This document shows, in pieces, positions 46,198-57,089 of a DNA stretch of 64,000 nt. Source of the DNA: Aestuariivirga sp. (GTDB lineage Bacteria; Pseudomonadota; Alphaproteobacteria; Rhizobiales; Aestuariivirgaceae); contig DATLDM010000103.1 in assembly GCA_035525875.1 (NCBI GenBank), positions 38,105 to 102,104 on the forward strand. The letters run 5' to 3'. The translations under genes and the position numbers were made by a program. The notes beneath the pieces were generated by a model. That model worked only from the letters and a program-made list of their open reading frames with translations, was not told the origin of the DNA and made no database searches. The stretch's first letter is position 1; every line of letters starts with the position of its first letter.

Positions 46198-46233
46198 AAA
46201 AAGTTGCCGGATATCATGTGCTGATACCCGGCA
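46198..46233 (-). terminator. Probable Rho-independent terminator downstream of the BMP gene
   Basis: Minus strand UGCCGGGUAUCA-GCACA-UGAUAUCCGGCA (12-bp stem with one GU pair) followed by ACUUUUU. Confidence 0.6.
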
Positions 46234-46251
46234 TCTGATGTCTGATCCCTG

Positions 46252-47319
46252 TTATTGCGGCAACTTATCGTCAACGCCCTTCACGTACCAATTCATTCCC
46301 AGAATATCGCCATCGGGAAGCGGCTTGCCGGCTTCGCCGGCAACCGTGCCGTCCTGCCTGGTGATGGGTCCGGTGAACGGATGAAGCGTGCCGGCCGTGA
46401 TGGCGGCCTGCGTCTCGGTGGCCATCTTGGCCACGTCATCAGGCATGTTGGCGTAAGGGGCCATCGTTACCGCGCCTTCGGCCATGCCCTCCCAGGATTG
46501 CGTTGAGGTCCACGTTCCATCCATGGCAGCCTTGACGCGTTTCACATAGTAAGGCCCCCAGCTGTCAACAATTGCCGTGAGTTGTGCCTTGGGGGCAAAG
46601 GCCATCATGTCTGAGCTCTGGCCAAAGCCGAACTTGCCCTGTTCCTGGGCAATCTGCAGGGGCGCGGTGGAGTCCGTGTGCTGGACCATGATATCCGCGC
46701 CCTGGCTCAACAGAACCTTGGCCGCATCGGCTTCCTTGCCTGGGTCAAACCAGGTGTTCACCCAAACGATCTTCACCTTGAAATCCGGATTGACCGTCTG
46801 CGCCCCCAGCATGAAAGCGTTGATGCCGGAAACAACTTCCGGAATGGGGAAGGAAACGATGTAGCCCGCCGTTCCGGTTTTTGACATCTTGGCGGCAATC
46901 TGGCCGATCACGTAGCGGCCCTCGTGGAACTTCGCATTGTAGGTCGCCACATTGGCGGCGGTCTTGTAGCCCGTCGCATGCTCGAACTTCACGTCCGGAA
47001 ATTTGGCGGCGACCTTGATGGTCGGATCCATGAAACCGAAGGAGGTGGTGAAAATCAGCTTGCAGCCGTCACGCGCCAGGCGCTCGATGGTACGGTCGGC
47101 ATCGGGTTCGGGGACATTTTCAACATAAACCGTCTCAACCTTGTCGCCCAGTTCCTTTTCAACATCCTTGCGGCCAACATCGTGCTGGTAGGTGTAGCCG
47201 CCATCGCCCACCGGGCCCACATAAACCCAGCAGGCCTTGTATTTTTCTGCCAGCGAGGCCGTTGTCCCCAGCCCCAGCGCAACCGCCGCCATTGCGGCTG
47301 TCATCAATAATTTCTTCAT
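46252..47319 (-). CDS. BMP family ABC transporter substrate-binding protein (purine/nucleoside)
   Basis: Signal peptide; VYVGPVGDGGYTYQH, IFTTSFGFMDPT, GINAFMLGA, WFDPGKEADAA, QHTDS. Confidence 0.93.
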   Translation of the reverse strand: MKKLLMTAAMAAVALGLGTTASLAEKYKACWVYVGPVGDGGYTYQHDVGRKDVEKELGDKVETVYVENVPEPDADRTIERLARDGCKLIFTTSFGFMDPTIKVAAKFPDVKFEHATGYKTAANVATYNAKFHEGRYVIGQIAAKMSKTGTAGYIVSFPIPEVVSGINAFMLGAQTVNPDFKVKIVWVNTWFDPGKEADAAKVLLSQGADIMVQHTDSTAPLQIAQEQGKFGFGQSSDMMAFAPKAQLTAIVDSWGPYYVKRVKAAMDGTWTSTQSWEGMAEGAVTMAPYANMPDDVAKMATETQAAITAGTLHPFTGPITRQDGTVAGEAGKPLPDGDILGMNWYVKGVDDKLPQ

Positions 47320-47401
47320 GTTCTATCTCCCTGTTATTCTGTTCATTCTGCGGCTTTGTTCGACGTGACCCTGTCCGCCGCGTGGCAGGGCCGGTTGCTG
47401 A

Positions 47402-48277
47402 CTATCTATCAGGCACAAAAGATTGGGCAAGGCAAGCCGGTGTATTGGCCTGCGTCAGCCGCTTGTTTCCGGAAATGATCACCAGCGCGATTACTGTTAC
47501 AAGATAAGGCAGTGCCGAAAGGAATTGCGAAGGGATGCCAAGCCCCATGGACTGGACGACAAAGCCCAGAATGGACACCGCGCCGAAAAGATAGGCTCCC
47601 ACCAGCGTGCGCAGGGGCCGCCAGGATGCAAAAACCACAAGGGCAAGCGCAATCCAGCCCCGCCCCGCCGTCATATTCTCGATCCACTGCGGCGTATAGG
47701 CAAGCGACAGGTAACCCCCCGCAAGGCCCGCGCAGGCCCCGCCAAACATCACGCTGAGATAGCGCAGCGCAATGACCCGGTAACCCAGCGCATGCGCCGA
47801 ATTATGGCTGTTGCCGACCGCCCGGATCACCAGCCCGATCTTGGTTTTGAACAGCAAATAGGCCACCCCCGCCGTGAGAATGAAGGAAAACGGCACCAGC
47901 GCGTCGATGCCGAAAAGCGTGGGCATCTTAAGGCCGGGCTGGCCCACAAAGGCCTCGCCGATCAGGCCGGAAAGGCCAAGCCCCAGAAGGGTGAGCGCCA
48001 GCCCCGCCGCCACCTGATTGGCCACCAGGGTGAGCGTGAGAAATCCAAACAGCGCCGACATGGCAATGCCCGCGAGGATGGCGGCAACCGCCCCCAGCAA
48101 GGTCGATCCCGTGAGGAAGGCCACCGCAAAGCCCGCCACCGCCCCCATCACCATCATGCCTTCAACACCCAGATTGAGCACCCCTGAACGCTCGACGACC
48201 AGCTCGCCCATAGCGGCAAGCAGCAGCGGCGTTGCGGCGGCAATGATGGTGAGCAAAACTGCAAAGCTCTGGTCCAT
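47402..48277 (-). CDS. ABC transporter permease (nucleoside type)
   Basis: ERSGVLNLGVEGMM, AGRGWIALALVVF, ALPYLVT. Confidence 0.93.
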   Translation of the reverse strand: MDQSFAVLLTIIAAATPLLLAAMGELVVERSGVLNLGVEGMMVMGAVAGFAVAFLTGSTLLGAVAAILAGIAMSALFGFLTLTLVANQVAAGLALTLLGLGLSGLIGEAFVGQPGLKMPTLFGIDALVPFSFILTAGVAYLLFKTKIGLVIRAVGNSHNSAHALGYRVIALRYLSVMFGGACAGLAGGYLSLAYTPQWIENMTAGRGWIALALVVFASWRPLRTLVGAYLFGAVSILGFVVQSMGLGIPSQFLSALPYLVTVIALVIISGNKRLTQANTPACLAQSFVPDR

Positions 48278-48281
48278 CCCC

Positions 48282-49364
48282 CTACTCCGCCGCCTTGAGC
48301 GCGCCTATGCGGCCCATCTCGAATTTGATCCGGTAGAGAATAAGCGTGTCGCAGGACAGGATGAAGAACAGCAGGATGCCCTGAAACACCTTGGCGATCT
48401 TGTCGGAAATTCCCAGCGTTACCTGTGCTGCCTCGCCGCCGATGTAGCTCAGCGCCAGCAGCAATCCGGCAAACAAAACCCCAAGCGGATTGAGGCGGCC
48501 AAGGAAGGCCACGATGATCGCCGCAAACCCATAGCCGGGGGATATTTGCGGCTGCAGCTTGCCGATTACGCTGGCGACTTCGCAAATCCCCGCAAGCCCC
48601 GCAAGTCCTCCTGACAGCAGGAAGCAGAGCATCACCATCCTGTCCCGTGAAAATCCGGCAAACCGCCCGGCGCGCGGCGCGTTGCCCGTAACCTTGATCT
48701 CAAATCCGATGAGCGTCCTGGCCATGACAAAGGCAAGGGCGGCACAGGCAAGCAGCGCGAAAAGTGCTCCGAGATGGATGGTTCCGCCAAAGGTTGGAAG
48801 CAATTGCCAGCCGGCAAAAGTTTTTGTGACCGGAAAATTATACCCTTGCGGATCGCGCCACGGCCCGCGCACCAGCCAATCGAGAAAAAGTCCCGCCACA
48901 TAAACCAGCATGAGCGATGTCAGGATTTCATTGGCATTGAAACGTGTTTTGAGCAGGCCCGGAATGGCCCCATAAAGCGCCCCTCCAACCGTTCCCATGA
49001 TGAGCATGACAACAAGGATTGAAGGGTCCTGCCAGTCCGGAAACATGACCGGTGCAATGCTGCCGGCAATGGCCCCCATGGTCAGTTGCCCCTCGGCCCC
49101 AATGTTCCAGACATTGGCCATGTAACAAACCGCTAGCCCAACGCCGATGAGAACGAGCGGCGCGGCCTTGACGACCAACTGCTCAACCGACCAAAGCTGC
49201 GTGAGGGGTTCAACAAAATAAACATAAAGCCCCTCGAGCGGATTGAAGCCGCGCAAGGCGAAGATCAGTCCGCCGGCAATGAGCGTCAGCAGCAGCGCCA
49301 GAAACGGCGAGGCAATGGCAAAGAATGGCGAGCGGTCGGCCCGCTTCTCAAGAATGAGCCGCAT
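48282..49364 (-). CDS. ABC transporter permease (nucleoside type)
   Basis: WNIGAEGQ, NEILTSLML, PGYGFAAIIVAFLGRLNP. Confidence 0.93.
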   Translation of the reverse strand: MRLILEKRADRSPFFAIASPFLALLLTLIAGGLIFALRGFNPLEGLYVYFVEPLTQLWSVEQLVVKAAPLVLIGVGLAVCYMANVWNIGAEGQLTMGAIAGSIAPVMFPDWQDPSILVVMLIMGTVGGALYGAIPGLLKTRFNANEILTSLMLVYVAGLFLDWLVRGPWRDPQGYNFPVTKTFAGWQLLPTFGGTIHLGALFALLACAALAFVMARTLIGFEIKVTGNAPRAGRFAGFSRDRMVMLCFLLSGGLAGLAGICEVASVIGKLQPQISPGYGFAAIIVAFLGRLNPLGVLFAGLLLALSYIGGEAAQVTLGISDKIAKVFQGILLFFILSCDTLILYRIKFEMGRIGALKAAE

Positions 49365-50889
49365 GAGGCGTCTCCTTCTCGTGCGAACCGGCCATCATCA
49401 GGCCGATTTTTTCCGCCGTCATTTCATGGGCAGGGTGCGCCTCGGAAAGCTGCCCGCGGGAAATCACCGCAATGCGGTCAGCCAGTTCGAAAATTTCGTC
49501 CAAATCCTGGCTGATCACGACAACCGCCGAGCCCGAACGCGCAAGATCGATAAGCGCCTGGCGAATTGTTGCCGCAGCACCCGCGTCAACGCCCCAGGTC
49601 GGCTGGTTGACAACCAGCACCTTCGGCTGGCGGTCCAACTCGCGCCCCACCACAAATTTTTGCAGGTTGCCGCCGGACAGCGACCGGGCTTCCGGGTCAG
49701 GCTTGCCCATGCGCACATCGTAGGTTTTGATCACCCGATCGGAGATGGAGTGCGCCTTGCCGCGATTCAGCAGCCCTTTTTCCGCCAGCGACGCATCATC
49801 CGAATGCCGCGTGAGCACAACATTTTCAGATAACGGAAAGACCGGGACCGCGCCATGGCCAAGACGCTCCTCTGGCACAAAAGCGGCCCCCATCCTGCGG
49901 CGTGCGGTCACCCCGATGGCGCCGCACGAGGCGCCATCGATTGAAACCGCATTGCCATTGGACAGGGGCCGTTCCCCGGAAATCGCATCGAAGAGTTCCG
50001 ATTGGCCATTGCCCGCAACCCCGGCAATGGCAATGACTTCACCGCCACGCACCTCAAGATTGATATTCTTAAGCTCGACCGCGAAAGGCCCATCGGCATC
50101 GAGGCTGGCATCCTTCAGCGAGAAGCGCACCGCGCCGTCCCGCGGCGCCTTGGCGGCGCGCACCGTGTGAATATCGCCGCCCACCATGAGCCTGGCGAGA
50201 CTGGCCGCTGTTTCCTCGCGCGGATCACAGGAGGCAACCACCTTGCCGTGGCGCAGGATCGTCGCCCAATGGCACAGGCGCTTCACTTCCTCCAGCCGAT
50301 GCGAAATATAAAGCACCGAACAGCCCTCGCTTGCCAAAAGCCGCAAGGTGAGAAAAAGCAGGTCCGCTTCCTGCGGTGTCAGAACCGCCGTCGGCTCGTC
50401 AAGGATCAGCAGCTTGGGTTCCTGCATCAGGCAGCGCAGGATTTCAATGCGTTGGCGCTCGCCCACCGATAGGTCCGCCACCGTGGCCTTAGGGTTCAGC
50501 GGCAGGCCGTATTCATCCGAATAAAAATCCACCTTCTTGGAAAGCGCATCGAGATCGAATTTTCCGGGCATGGCCAGGGAAATGTTCTCGACGACAGTCA
50601 GGGCTTCAAACAGCGAGAAATGCTGGAACACCATGCCGATGCCAAGCTTGCGCGCCGCATTGGGATTGGGAATGACCACCTCCTGGCCTTTCCACTTGAT
50701 CGTTCCGGAGGTGGGTTGCAGCGAGCCGTAGAGCATTTTGACAAGGGTGGATTTACCGGCCCCGTTTTCCCCCAGAAGGGCATGGATCTGGCCGGGCGCC
50801 ACCTGCAGGGTGACACCGTCATTGGCCCGCAACGTGCCGAACACTTTGACGATGTCGATGGCCTCAAGCAGGTATTCCGGTGCCGTCAT
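49348..50889 (-). CDS. ABC transporter ATP-binding protein (two NBDs, CUT2 type)
   Basis: GENGAGKST, LSVGERQRIEI, LILDEPT, LSGGNLQK, PTWGVD. Confidence 0.96.
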   Translation of the reverse strand: MTAPEYLLEAIDIVKVFGTLRANDGVTLQVAPGQIHALLGENGAGKSTLVKMLYGSLQPTSGTIKWKGQEVVIPNPNAARKLGIGMVFQHFSLFEALTVVENISLAMPGKFDLDALSKKVDFYSDEYGLPLNPKATVADLSVGERQRIEILRCLMQEPKLLILDEPTAVLTPQEADLLFLTLRLLASEGCSVLYISHRLEEVKRLCHWATILRHGKVVASCDPREETAASLARLMVGGDIHTVRAAKAPRDGAVRFSLKDASLDADGPFAVELKNINLEVRGGEVIAIAGVAGNGQSELFDAISGERPLSNGNAVSIDGASCGAIGVTARRRMGAAFVPEERLGHGAVPVFPLSENVVLTRHSDDASLAEKGLLNRGKAHSISDRVIKTYDVRMGKPDPEARSLSGGNLQKFVVGRELDRQPKVLVVNQPTWGVDAGAAATIRQALIDLARSGSAVVVISQDLDEIFELADRIAVISRGQLSEAHPAHEMTAEKIGLMMAGSHEKETPHAAHS

Positions 50890-51821
50890 GACGCGCGTCT
50901 CCCCGCGCCGACTTTATCCAAACGCAAGGCCTCCGCGAGTGGCGATTCAGCGCATCTCATGACTTCGTCGCGTTCGAGAAGCTGGACCGCCGTTGCCGCC
51001 GCAATTGCCGAGGGGTGCTTGGATTTTATGCTGGAAATGCCAATAGGGCAGACCAGTTCTTCGATCCGGCTTTCCGCGACACCAGCCTCGCGCAGCCGCT
51101 TGCTGAACCTTGCCCGTTTGGTGGCGCTGCCGATCAGGCCCGCATAGGCGAATCTTGGACTGCGCAACACCGCATCAATGATTTCGAGGTCAAGTGGATG
51201 GCTATGAGTCATCACCAGCGCAAAACTGCCGGGAGGTGCATCCGCGATCTCGCCAGCGGGATTTTCGCTTTGAATGGTAACCACATTGGAAGGCACGGCC
51301 GCAGGAAAAGCCCCTTCGCGGGGATCAATCCAGATGACGTCAAACGGCAGTGGCGCGAGCGCCAGGATAAGTGCGCGGCCCACATGCCCCGCCCCGAAGA
51401 GATAGAGCTTGCGGATGCTGTCGCCAAACTGCTCGCAGAAATCCGGCGCCAGAATACGCCCCGTGACCGCAAACAAGCCGGTCTCTTCCCGAGCCGCAAA
51501 TTCCTTTGCTACGACCACGTCTTCGCGCGCAAACACTTCCGTCACCAGTTCCACCCGCCCGCCGCAGCATTGCCCGAGGTCAGGTCCGAGCGAATGGACG
51601 CTCAACTTGTGCTGTGTCGGCTTGCCGAGCAGGGCCTGCGCCTTGGCAATGGCCTGCCATTCCAGTGTGCCGCCGCCAATGGTCCCATGAAATCCCAATG
51701 GTGTGACGACAATGCGGGCGCCCGCTTCCCGTGGCGTGGACCCTTCAACCCTGACAACCGAAATCATGGCGCAGGTGCCATGCGCGTCCAGTGCCTTGGC
51801 GACATGGGCCCAGACCTTCAT
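50886..51821 (-). CDS. xdhC: Xanthine dehydrogenase accessory protein
   Basis: GSTPREAGA, GTIGGGTLE, LGQCCGG, LFGAGHVG, MTHSHPLD, GLIGSATKR, CPIG. Confidence 0.95.
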   Translation of the reverse strand: MKVWAHVAKALDAHGTCAMISVVRVEGSTPREAGARIVVTPLGFHGTIGGGTLEWQAIAKAQALLGKPTQHKLSVHSLGPDLGQCCGGRVELVTEVFAREDVVVAKEFAAREETGLFAVTGRILAPDFCEQFGDSIRKLYLFGAGHVGRALILALAPLPFDVIWIDPREGAFPAAVPSNVVTIQSENPAGEIADAPPGSFALVMTHSHPLDLEIIDAVLRSPRFAYAGLIGSATKRARFSKRLREAGVAESRIEELVCPIGISSIKSKHPSAIAAATAVQLLERDEVMRCAESPLAEALRLDKVGAGRRAS

Positions 51822-54130
51822 GCCTGCATCCCCTTCACCGCCCGCAAAATAGCCTCCGGCGTTGCCGGCACTGCAAGCTTTGGAATAACGCCGGGCTTCA
51901 GGCTGCCGACCGCATCGGCAATGGCGCACCATACGGAGATCGGCAGCATCAGCGGCGGCTCGCCCACCGCCTTGGAACGGTAAATCGAATCCGCCGGGTT
52001 CCCGCCGCTTTCATAAAGCTTCACCCTGAAATCGGCCGGCACATCCGAGGCGCAGGGTATTTTGTAAGTGGACGGCGCATGGGTGCGCAGACGACCCTTC
52101 TCGTCAAATACCAGTTCCTCGGTGGTAAGCCAGCCCATGCCTTGCACGAAACCACCTTCAATTTGCCCCATGTCAATGGCGGGATTGAGCGAGCGCCCCA
52201 CATCATGGAGAATATCAACCCGGTCCACCCGCATTTCCCCAGTCATCGTATCGATGGTCACTTCCGAGCAGGATGCGCCATAGGCGAAATAGAAAAATGG
52301 ATTGCCGCGCCCATTGGGCCGGTCCCAGGTGATCTTCGGCGTTGAATAGAAGCCCGTGGAGGACAGCGACACCCGCCCGCCATGCACCTTCTTGGCGAGC
52401 TCGCCGAAGGAAATGCGCTGGTTGCCGATCAACACCTGGCCCTTTTCAAATTTGATGCGCGACTTCGCGACCTTCCATTCCTTCGCCGCGAAATCGATCA
52501 TGCGGGTTTTGATGGCCGACGCCGCGATCTTTGCCGCCATGCCGTTCAGGTCCGAGCCCGATGACGCTGCCGTTGGCGAGGTGTTGGGAACCTTGCCGGT
52601 GGTCGTAGCTGTGATGCGCACCATGTCCGCCGAGATGCCGAACACTTCCGCCACGACCTGGGCGACCTTGATATAGAGCCCCTGCCCCATTTCGGTGCCG
52701 CCATGGTTGAGATGCACTGAACCATCCGTATAGACATGGACAAGGGCGCCCGCCTGATTGAGATGGGTGAGTGTAAACGAAATGCCGAACTTGACCGGCG
52801 TGAGCGCAATACCCTTTTTCAGAACCGTACTCTGCCGGTTAAAGGCCGTGATCTTCTTCCGCCGCGCGCGGTAACTGCTGGATTTCTCCAGCGCCTCGAT
52901 AACCTCAAGAGCAATATTGTCTTCAATCTTTTGCCGGTAGGGCGTCACATCGCGCCCGCGCCCATAGAGATTGCGCTTGCGCACATCAAGCGGATCAAGC
53001 CCCGTTTCAACGGCAATCGCATCCATCACCCGCTCGGCAAACATCATGCCCTGCGGTCCGCCAAAGCCCCGGAACGCCGTATTGGAAACTGTATTGGTGC
53101 GAAGCCGCCGCGACTTGATATGATAGGTGGGATAGAAATAGGCATTGTCCGCATGGAACATCGTGCGGTCGCACACGCCTTGCGAAAGGTCCGCCGAGTA
53201 ACCGCAGCGCGCCAGAAAATCCACGTCGACGGCCGTCAGGCGCGCCGTATCGTCATAACCAATCTTGTAATCGATGCGAAAGTCATGGCGCTTGCCCGTC
53301 ATGATCATGTCCTGGTCGCGGTCCAGCCGGCACTTGGCCGGGCGCCCCGTGACATGGGCGGCAAGCGCCGCCAAGGCCGCCCATTGCGCCGCCTGGCTTT
53401 CCTTGCCGCCGAAAGCCCCGCCCATGCGCCGGCATTCGCACGTCACCATGGCATCGGGAACCTTGAGCATCTTGGCAATGCAATGCTGAACCTCGGTTGG
53501 ATGTTGCGTGGAAGAATAGACGGTCATGCCGCCTTTTTCCTCGGGCATGGCCAAGGCAACTTGCCCTTCAATATAGAAATGCTCCTGCCCGCCCACATGG
53601 AAACTCTCTGAAATCACATGGGGCGCTGCCTTGAGCGCTTTTCCCACATCGCCGTGAGTGAAGGCATATTCCGGCACCACATCCCGGGTGCCCATGGCCA
53701 GCGCGTCTTCCACCGTTACCGCCGGGGGCATCGCAGCCACATCAATCTTCGCCAGCCGCGCCGCGCGCCGCGCAATTTCCCGCGTCTCGGCAACCACGGC
53801 AAAAACCACCTGGCCATGAAATTCGATCACGCCTTCCGCAAAGATCGGATCATCGCCAAGGGCCGGGCTGCAATCATTGACACCGGGAATATCTTGCGCC
53901 GTCAGCACCGCCACAACGCCGGGAAAGGCGCGGACCGCATCAAAGTCAAGGCCGGTAATTTTCCCGCACGCATCGCTGGGGGCGTAACCCGGCTCGACGT
54001 GCAGTGTGCCATCGGGTTCGCGCATGTCATCGATGTAGACAGCCGTTCCCTGAACATGCAGCGCGGCGCTGTCATGGGCGAGTGCCAAGCCAACCGTTTC
54101 TGTTTCAAGGATGCGGGCCCGCACATTCAT
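51818..54130 (-). CDS. xdhB: Xanthine dehydrogenase molybdopterin subunit
   Basis: GGQEHFY, STQHPTEVQ, RRMGGAFGGKESQ, AFRGFGGPQG, SPTAASSGSDLNG, SKAVGEPP. Confidence 0.97.
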   Translation of the reverse strand: MNVRARILETETVGLALAHDSAALHVQGTAVYIDDMREPDGTLHVEPGYAPSDACGKITGLDFDAVRAFPGVVAVLTAQDIPGVNDCSPALGDDPIFAEGVIEFHGQVVFAVVAETREIARRAARLAKIDVAAMPPAVTVEDALAMGTRDVVPEYAFTHGDVGKALKAAPHVISESFHVGGQEHFYIEGQVALAMPEEKGGMTVYSSTQHPTEVQHCIAKMLKVPDAMVTCECRRMGGAFGGKESQAAQWAALAALAAHVTGRPAKCRLDRDQDMIMTGKRHDFRIDYKIGYDDTARLTAVDVDFLARCGYSADLSQGVCDRTMFHADNAYFYPTYHIKSRRLRTNTVSNTAFRGFGGPQGMMFAERVMDAIAVETGLDPLDVRKRNLYGRGRDVTPYRQKIEDNIALEVIEALEKSSSYRARRKKITAFNRQSTVLKKGIALTPVKFGISFTLTHLNQAGALVHVYTDGSVHLNHGGTEMGQGLYIKVAQVVAEVFGISADMVRITATTTGKVPNTSPTAASSGSDLNGMAAKIAASAIKTRMIDFAAKEWKVAKSRIKFEKGQVLIGNQRISFGELAKKVHGGRVSLSSTGFYSTPKITWDRPNGRGNPFFYFAYGASCSEVTIDTMTGEMRVDRVDILHDVGRSLNPAIDMGQIEGGFVQGMGWLTTEELVFDEKGRLRTHAPSTYKIPCASDVPADFRVKLYESGGNPADSIYRSKAVGEPPLMLPISVWCAIADAVGSLKPGVIPKLAVPATPEAILRAVKGMQA

Positions 54131-54131
54131 C

Positions 54132-55604
54132 TCAGGCGGCCTCCCCACGAAGCCCAACCACGCGCGTTGCCGCCGAATGCCCCGAAGCAACTTCCATCAG
54201 GGCCTTGCGAAGCAGGGCGCGGGCCGCAACCAGCCGGTATTCCGCCGAGGCCCGCATATCGCCAATGGGTTGGTAATCCTCCGCCATCGCCAAAATCGCC
54301 CGCTCCCAATTCTGCGGCGCGTCAAGCGAAACGCCGCGCAGCGCCGCGTCGGTTTTCACCGCCCGCTTCGGCGTTGCCGCCATGCCGCCAAAGGCAATGC
54401 GTGCAGATGCGATTGTGCGCCCCTCAAGCTTGAACTTGAAGGCGCCCATGACCGCCGAAATATCCTGGTCAAACCGCTTGGTCAGCTTGAAGGCGCGAAA
54501 CGCTTCATTGGCCTTGAGCTTCGGAACATCAATGCGCCAGACCAATTCGCCGGCGCCGCGGTCCTGCTTGCCATAGGCAACAAAGAAATCTTCTAGCGGC
54601 AGAAACCGTTTGTTTCTGCCCTGGCGGAGATGAAGCGTTGCGCCCAGAGCGATCAGCATCGGCGGGCTGTCGCCAATGGGCGACCCGTTGGCGATATTGC
54701 CGCCAACGGTTCCGGAAGCGCGCACCTGCTTGGCTCCGATCCGGCGGATCACTTCGCCGATATCGGGATCAATGGCGGCGAGAAACGCTTCAGCGCTGGA
54801 ATAGGTAGCCGCGGCCCCAATGGAAACATGCGGGCCTTCGTCGGTGATTTTATCCAGCCCCTTGGTCCGGCCGATATGAATGATTTTCGGCAGGGTTCGA
54901 AGCTGCTTGGTGACCCACAGCCCCACGTCCGTGGCACCCGCAACAACCGTGGCATCGGGATGATCTGCGTAAAGCCTGGTGAGTGCCTCCTCATGGTAAG
55001 GTGCTGCAAAGAAAGTGCTGGTATCGCCCATAAAAACATCTGCAGCGTCATTAAGCGCTGCCAATTGAACCGCAGTTGCCCTGGCCGCTGCCACCCAGGC
55101 ATCGGCTGGTTTGCCCGTGCAGGATTTCGCCGCCGCATCCACAATCGGGCGGTAGCCCGTGCAGCGGCACAGGTTACCCGCGATATGATCAACGATCTCC
55201 TGCCGCGTGGGCTTCTTGCCCGCGTGATAAAGCGTGAACAGGGACATGACGAAACCCGGCGTGCAGAAGCCGCATTGCGAGGCGTGATTGTCGACAAAGG
55301 CCTTCTGCACCGGATGCAATTTTCCGCCGATGGCCAGATCGTCAACGGTGACCAACTCCTTGCCGTCAATCTGGCCCAGCAGAAGAATGCAGGCATTGAC
55401 CGGTTCATAGACCACGCGGTCATTTTCAAGTGAACCCAGCGCTACGGTGCAGGCGCCGCAGTCGCCTTCGTTGCACCCCTCTTTGGTCCCTTTGGATTTT
55501 TCCTCAAGGCGCAGATAATCCAGCAGCGTGCGCGTGGGCGAGATGGAGGAAAGTTCCACCACCTGTCCCCGGCGCAAAAAGCGAATTGTCTGGCGTGTCA
55601 TCAT
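54132..55604 (-). CDS. xdhA: Xanthine dehydrogenase FeS/FAD subunit
   Basis: GTKEGCNEGDCGAC, SQCGFCTPG, GNLCRCTGY, AGATDVGLW, GNIANGSPIGD, KRFDQDIS. Confidence 0.97.
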   Translation of the reverse strand: MMTRQTIRFLRRGQVVELSSISPTRTLLDYLRLEEKSKGTKEGCNEGDCGACTVALGSLENDRVVYEPVNACILLLGQIDGKELVTVDDLAIGGKLHPVQKAFVDNHASQCGFCTPGFVMSLFTLYHAGKKPTRQEIVDHIAGNLCRCTGYRPIVDAAAKSCTGKPADAWVAAARATAVQLAALNDAADVFMGDTSTFFAAPYHEEALTRLYADHPDATVVAGATDVGLWVTKQLRTLPKIIHIGRTKGLDKITDEGPHVSIGAAATYSSAEAFLAAIDPDIGEVIRRIGAKQVRASGTVGGNIANGSPIGDSPPMLIALGATLHLRQGRNKRFLPLEDFFVAYGKQDRGAGELVWRIDVPKLKANEAFRAFKLTKRFDQDISAVMGAFKFKLEGRTIASARIAFGGMAATPKRAVKTDAALRGVSLDAPQNWERAILAMAEDYQPIGDMRASAEYRLVAARALLRKALMEVASGHSAATRVVGLRGEAA

Positions 55605-55608
55605 GCCC

Positions 55609-55959
55609 CTAGCTTCCCCGATAGGTTGAATAGCCATAAGGCGAGAGCAGCAAGGGCACATGATAATGCTGCGATGAATTGGCAATGCCGAACCGGATGG
55701 GAATCACATCAAGGAAGGCGGGCTCGTCAAGCTTCACGCCACTCGCCTTGAGATAAGCCCCCGCATGAAACCTGAGTTCATAGGTGCCGGTCTTGAAATC
55801 ATCGCCTTCGAGAATGGGGCCATCAACCCGGCCATCCCGATTGGTGCTGACCGACTTGATAAGCTCCGGCGTTGCGGCCAGCGACCACAATTCTATCTTC
55901 AGCCCGGCGGCAGGCTTGCCTGAACTTGTATCGAGGACGTGCGTCGTAAGACGGCCCAT
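55609..55959 (-). CDS. uraH: 5-hydroxyisourate hydrolase (transthyretin-like)
   Basis: [32 protein letters not shown]. Confidence 0.97.
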   Translation of the reverse strand: MGRLTTHVLDTSSGKPAAGLKIELWSLAATPELIKSVSTNRDGRVDGPILEGDDFKTGTYELRFHAGAYLKASGVKLDEPAFLDVIPIRFGIANSSQHYHVPLLLSPYGYSTYRGS

Positions 55960-56016
55960 GCATTTCCCCTGTAAAACTCATTAAAAGCCGCTCTTTGTGG
56001 CGGATTTAGATTTTTT

Positions 56017-56033
56017 AACAGATTCTCACTGTT
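56017..56033. promoter_or_regulatory. Candidate operator upstream of the purine operon
   Basis: AACAG-N7-CTGTT inverted repeat in the AT-rich lysR-uraH gap. Confidence 0.3.
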
Positions 56034-56066
56034 CTAAAAGGAATAAAAAAAGCACATCAACAATCT

Positions 56067-57005
56067 CTATTTTCGCACATCGAAAATCCGTGGAAGCCGT
56101 TGCTTGGCAAGCTCCAGAAACGCCCCCGCCGCCGTTTTCCGGTCAAGCCCCGGGCGATGCACGAGGGTAACCCGGCTGGGGGCCAGCTTGCGGTCAGAAA
56201 GCGGTATGAAAACCAGACTTTTTTCGGCAACGTCCCGCTCAATGCCAAACAGCGTTTGAAAGGCAATGCAGCCGCCATCCCGCGCCAGGGCCGCTATCAC
56301 CCGCAAGGAATTGCATTCAAACAGGCGGTCCCGCCGCACCGTTCGCGCCCCCAGGGCCCGGTCCAGGATGTGGCGGATGCTGAGTTCGCGCGCCGGCCAG
56401 GCAACCGGGTATTCCAGGCATTGCGCCAAAGTTAGGGATTTCGATTTGGCGAGCGGATGGGTGGGCGCCATGGTCGCCCCCAAGGCAATGACTCGCTCGA
56501 ACTCAACCGTCAAGCCGTCAAGCGCCGAGGGATTGAAGGCCACGCCCACATCGGCTTCACGCTCACGCACCAGTTCCGTCACCGTGTCGGAACCGGCAAC
56601 CGTGATGGACGCCTGCACGCCGGGGAATTTCCGTGAGAAGGCGATCAGCAAATCAGGCAAAAACGTGATCGAAAGGCTTTCCACCACCGCGATGTTCACC
56701 CGCCCGCGCGTAATGCCCTTCAAACGGGCCAGCAGATCAATCGTGCCTTCATGGGTCTGGTTCGCCGCTTGCAGGCCGCGCAGCAGCTCAACCCCCGCTT
56801 CGGTCAGGGCAAGGCTGCGCGTGTGGCGCTCAAACAGGGCAATTCCCAATTGCGCTTCAAGAAGCCCGACCTGCCGGCTGATGGCCGAGGCCGCCACGTT
56901 GAGCTGGCGCGAAGCGGCCCGCACCGAACCAAGTGTGGCCACCGCAACAAAGTGACGGTAGCCCGTGGCAAGATGTGAATCCGATAAAAGCACAGCAGGG
57001 AACAT
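56067..57005 (-). CDS. LysR family transcriptional regulator
   Basis: HFVAVATLGSVRAASRQLNVAASAISRQV...LFERH...LTEAG HTH. True start at ATG 57005; the 511-aa ORF-track version overlaps hydantoinase A. Confidence 0.92.
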   Translation of the reverse strand: MFPAVLLSDSHLATGYRHFVAVATLGSVRAASRQLNVAASAISRQVGLLEAQLGIALFERHTRSLALTEAGVELLRGLQAANQTHEGTIDLLARLKGITRGRVNIAVVESLSITFLPDLLIAFSRKFPGVQASITVAGSDTVTELVREREADVGVAFNPSALDGLTVEFERVIALGATMAPTHPLAKSKSLTLAQCLEYPVAWPARELSIRHILDRALGARTVRRDRLFECNSLRVIAALARDGGCIAFQTLFGIERDVAEKSLVFIPLSDRKLAPSRVTLVHRPGLDRKTAAGAFLELAKQRLPRIFDVRK

Positions 57006-57089
57006 TGCGGCCACTGTTCTGGCCCTGTCAACCCAGCCATGTTCGAAGGCCCTAGGCTTTGTGTGCGCGCAATAGTAGGTATCTCGGCC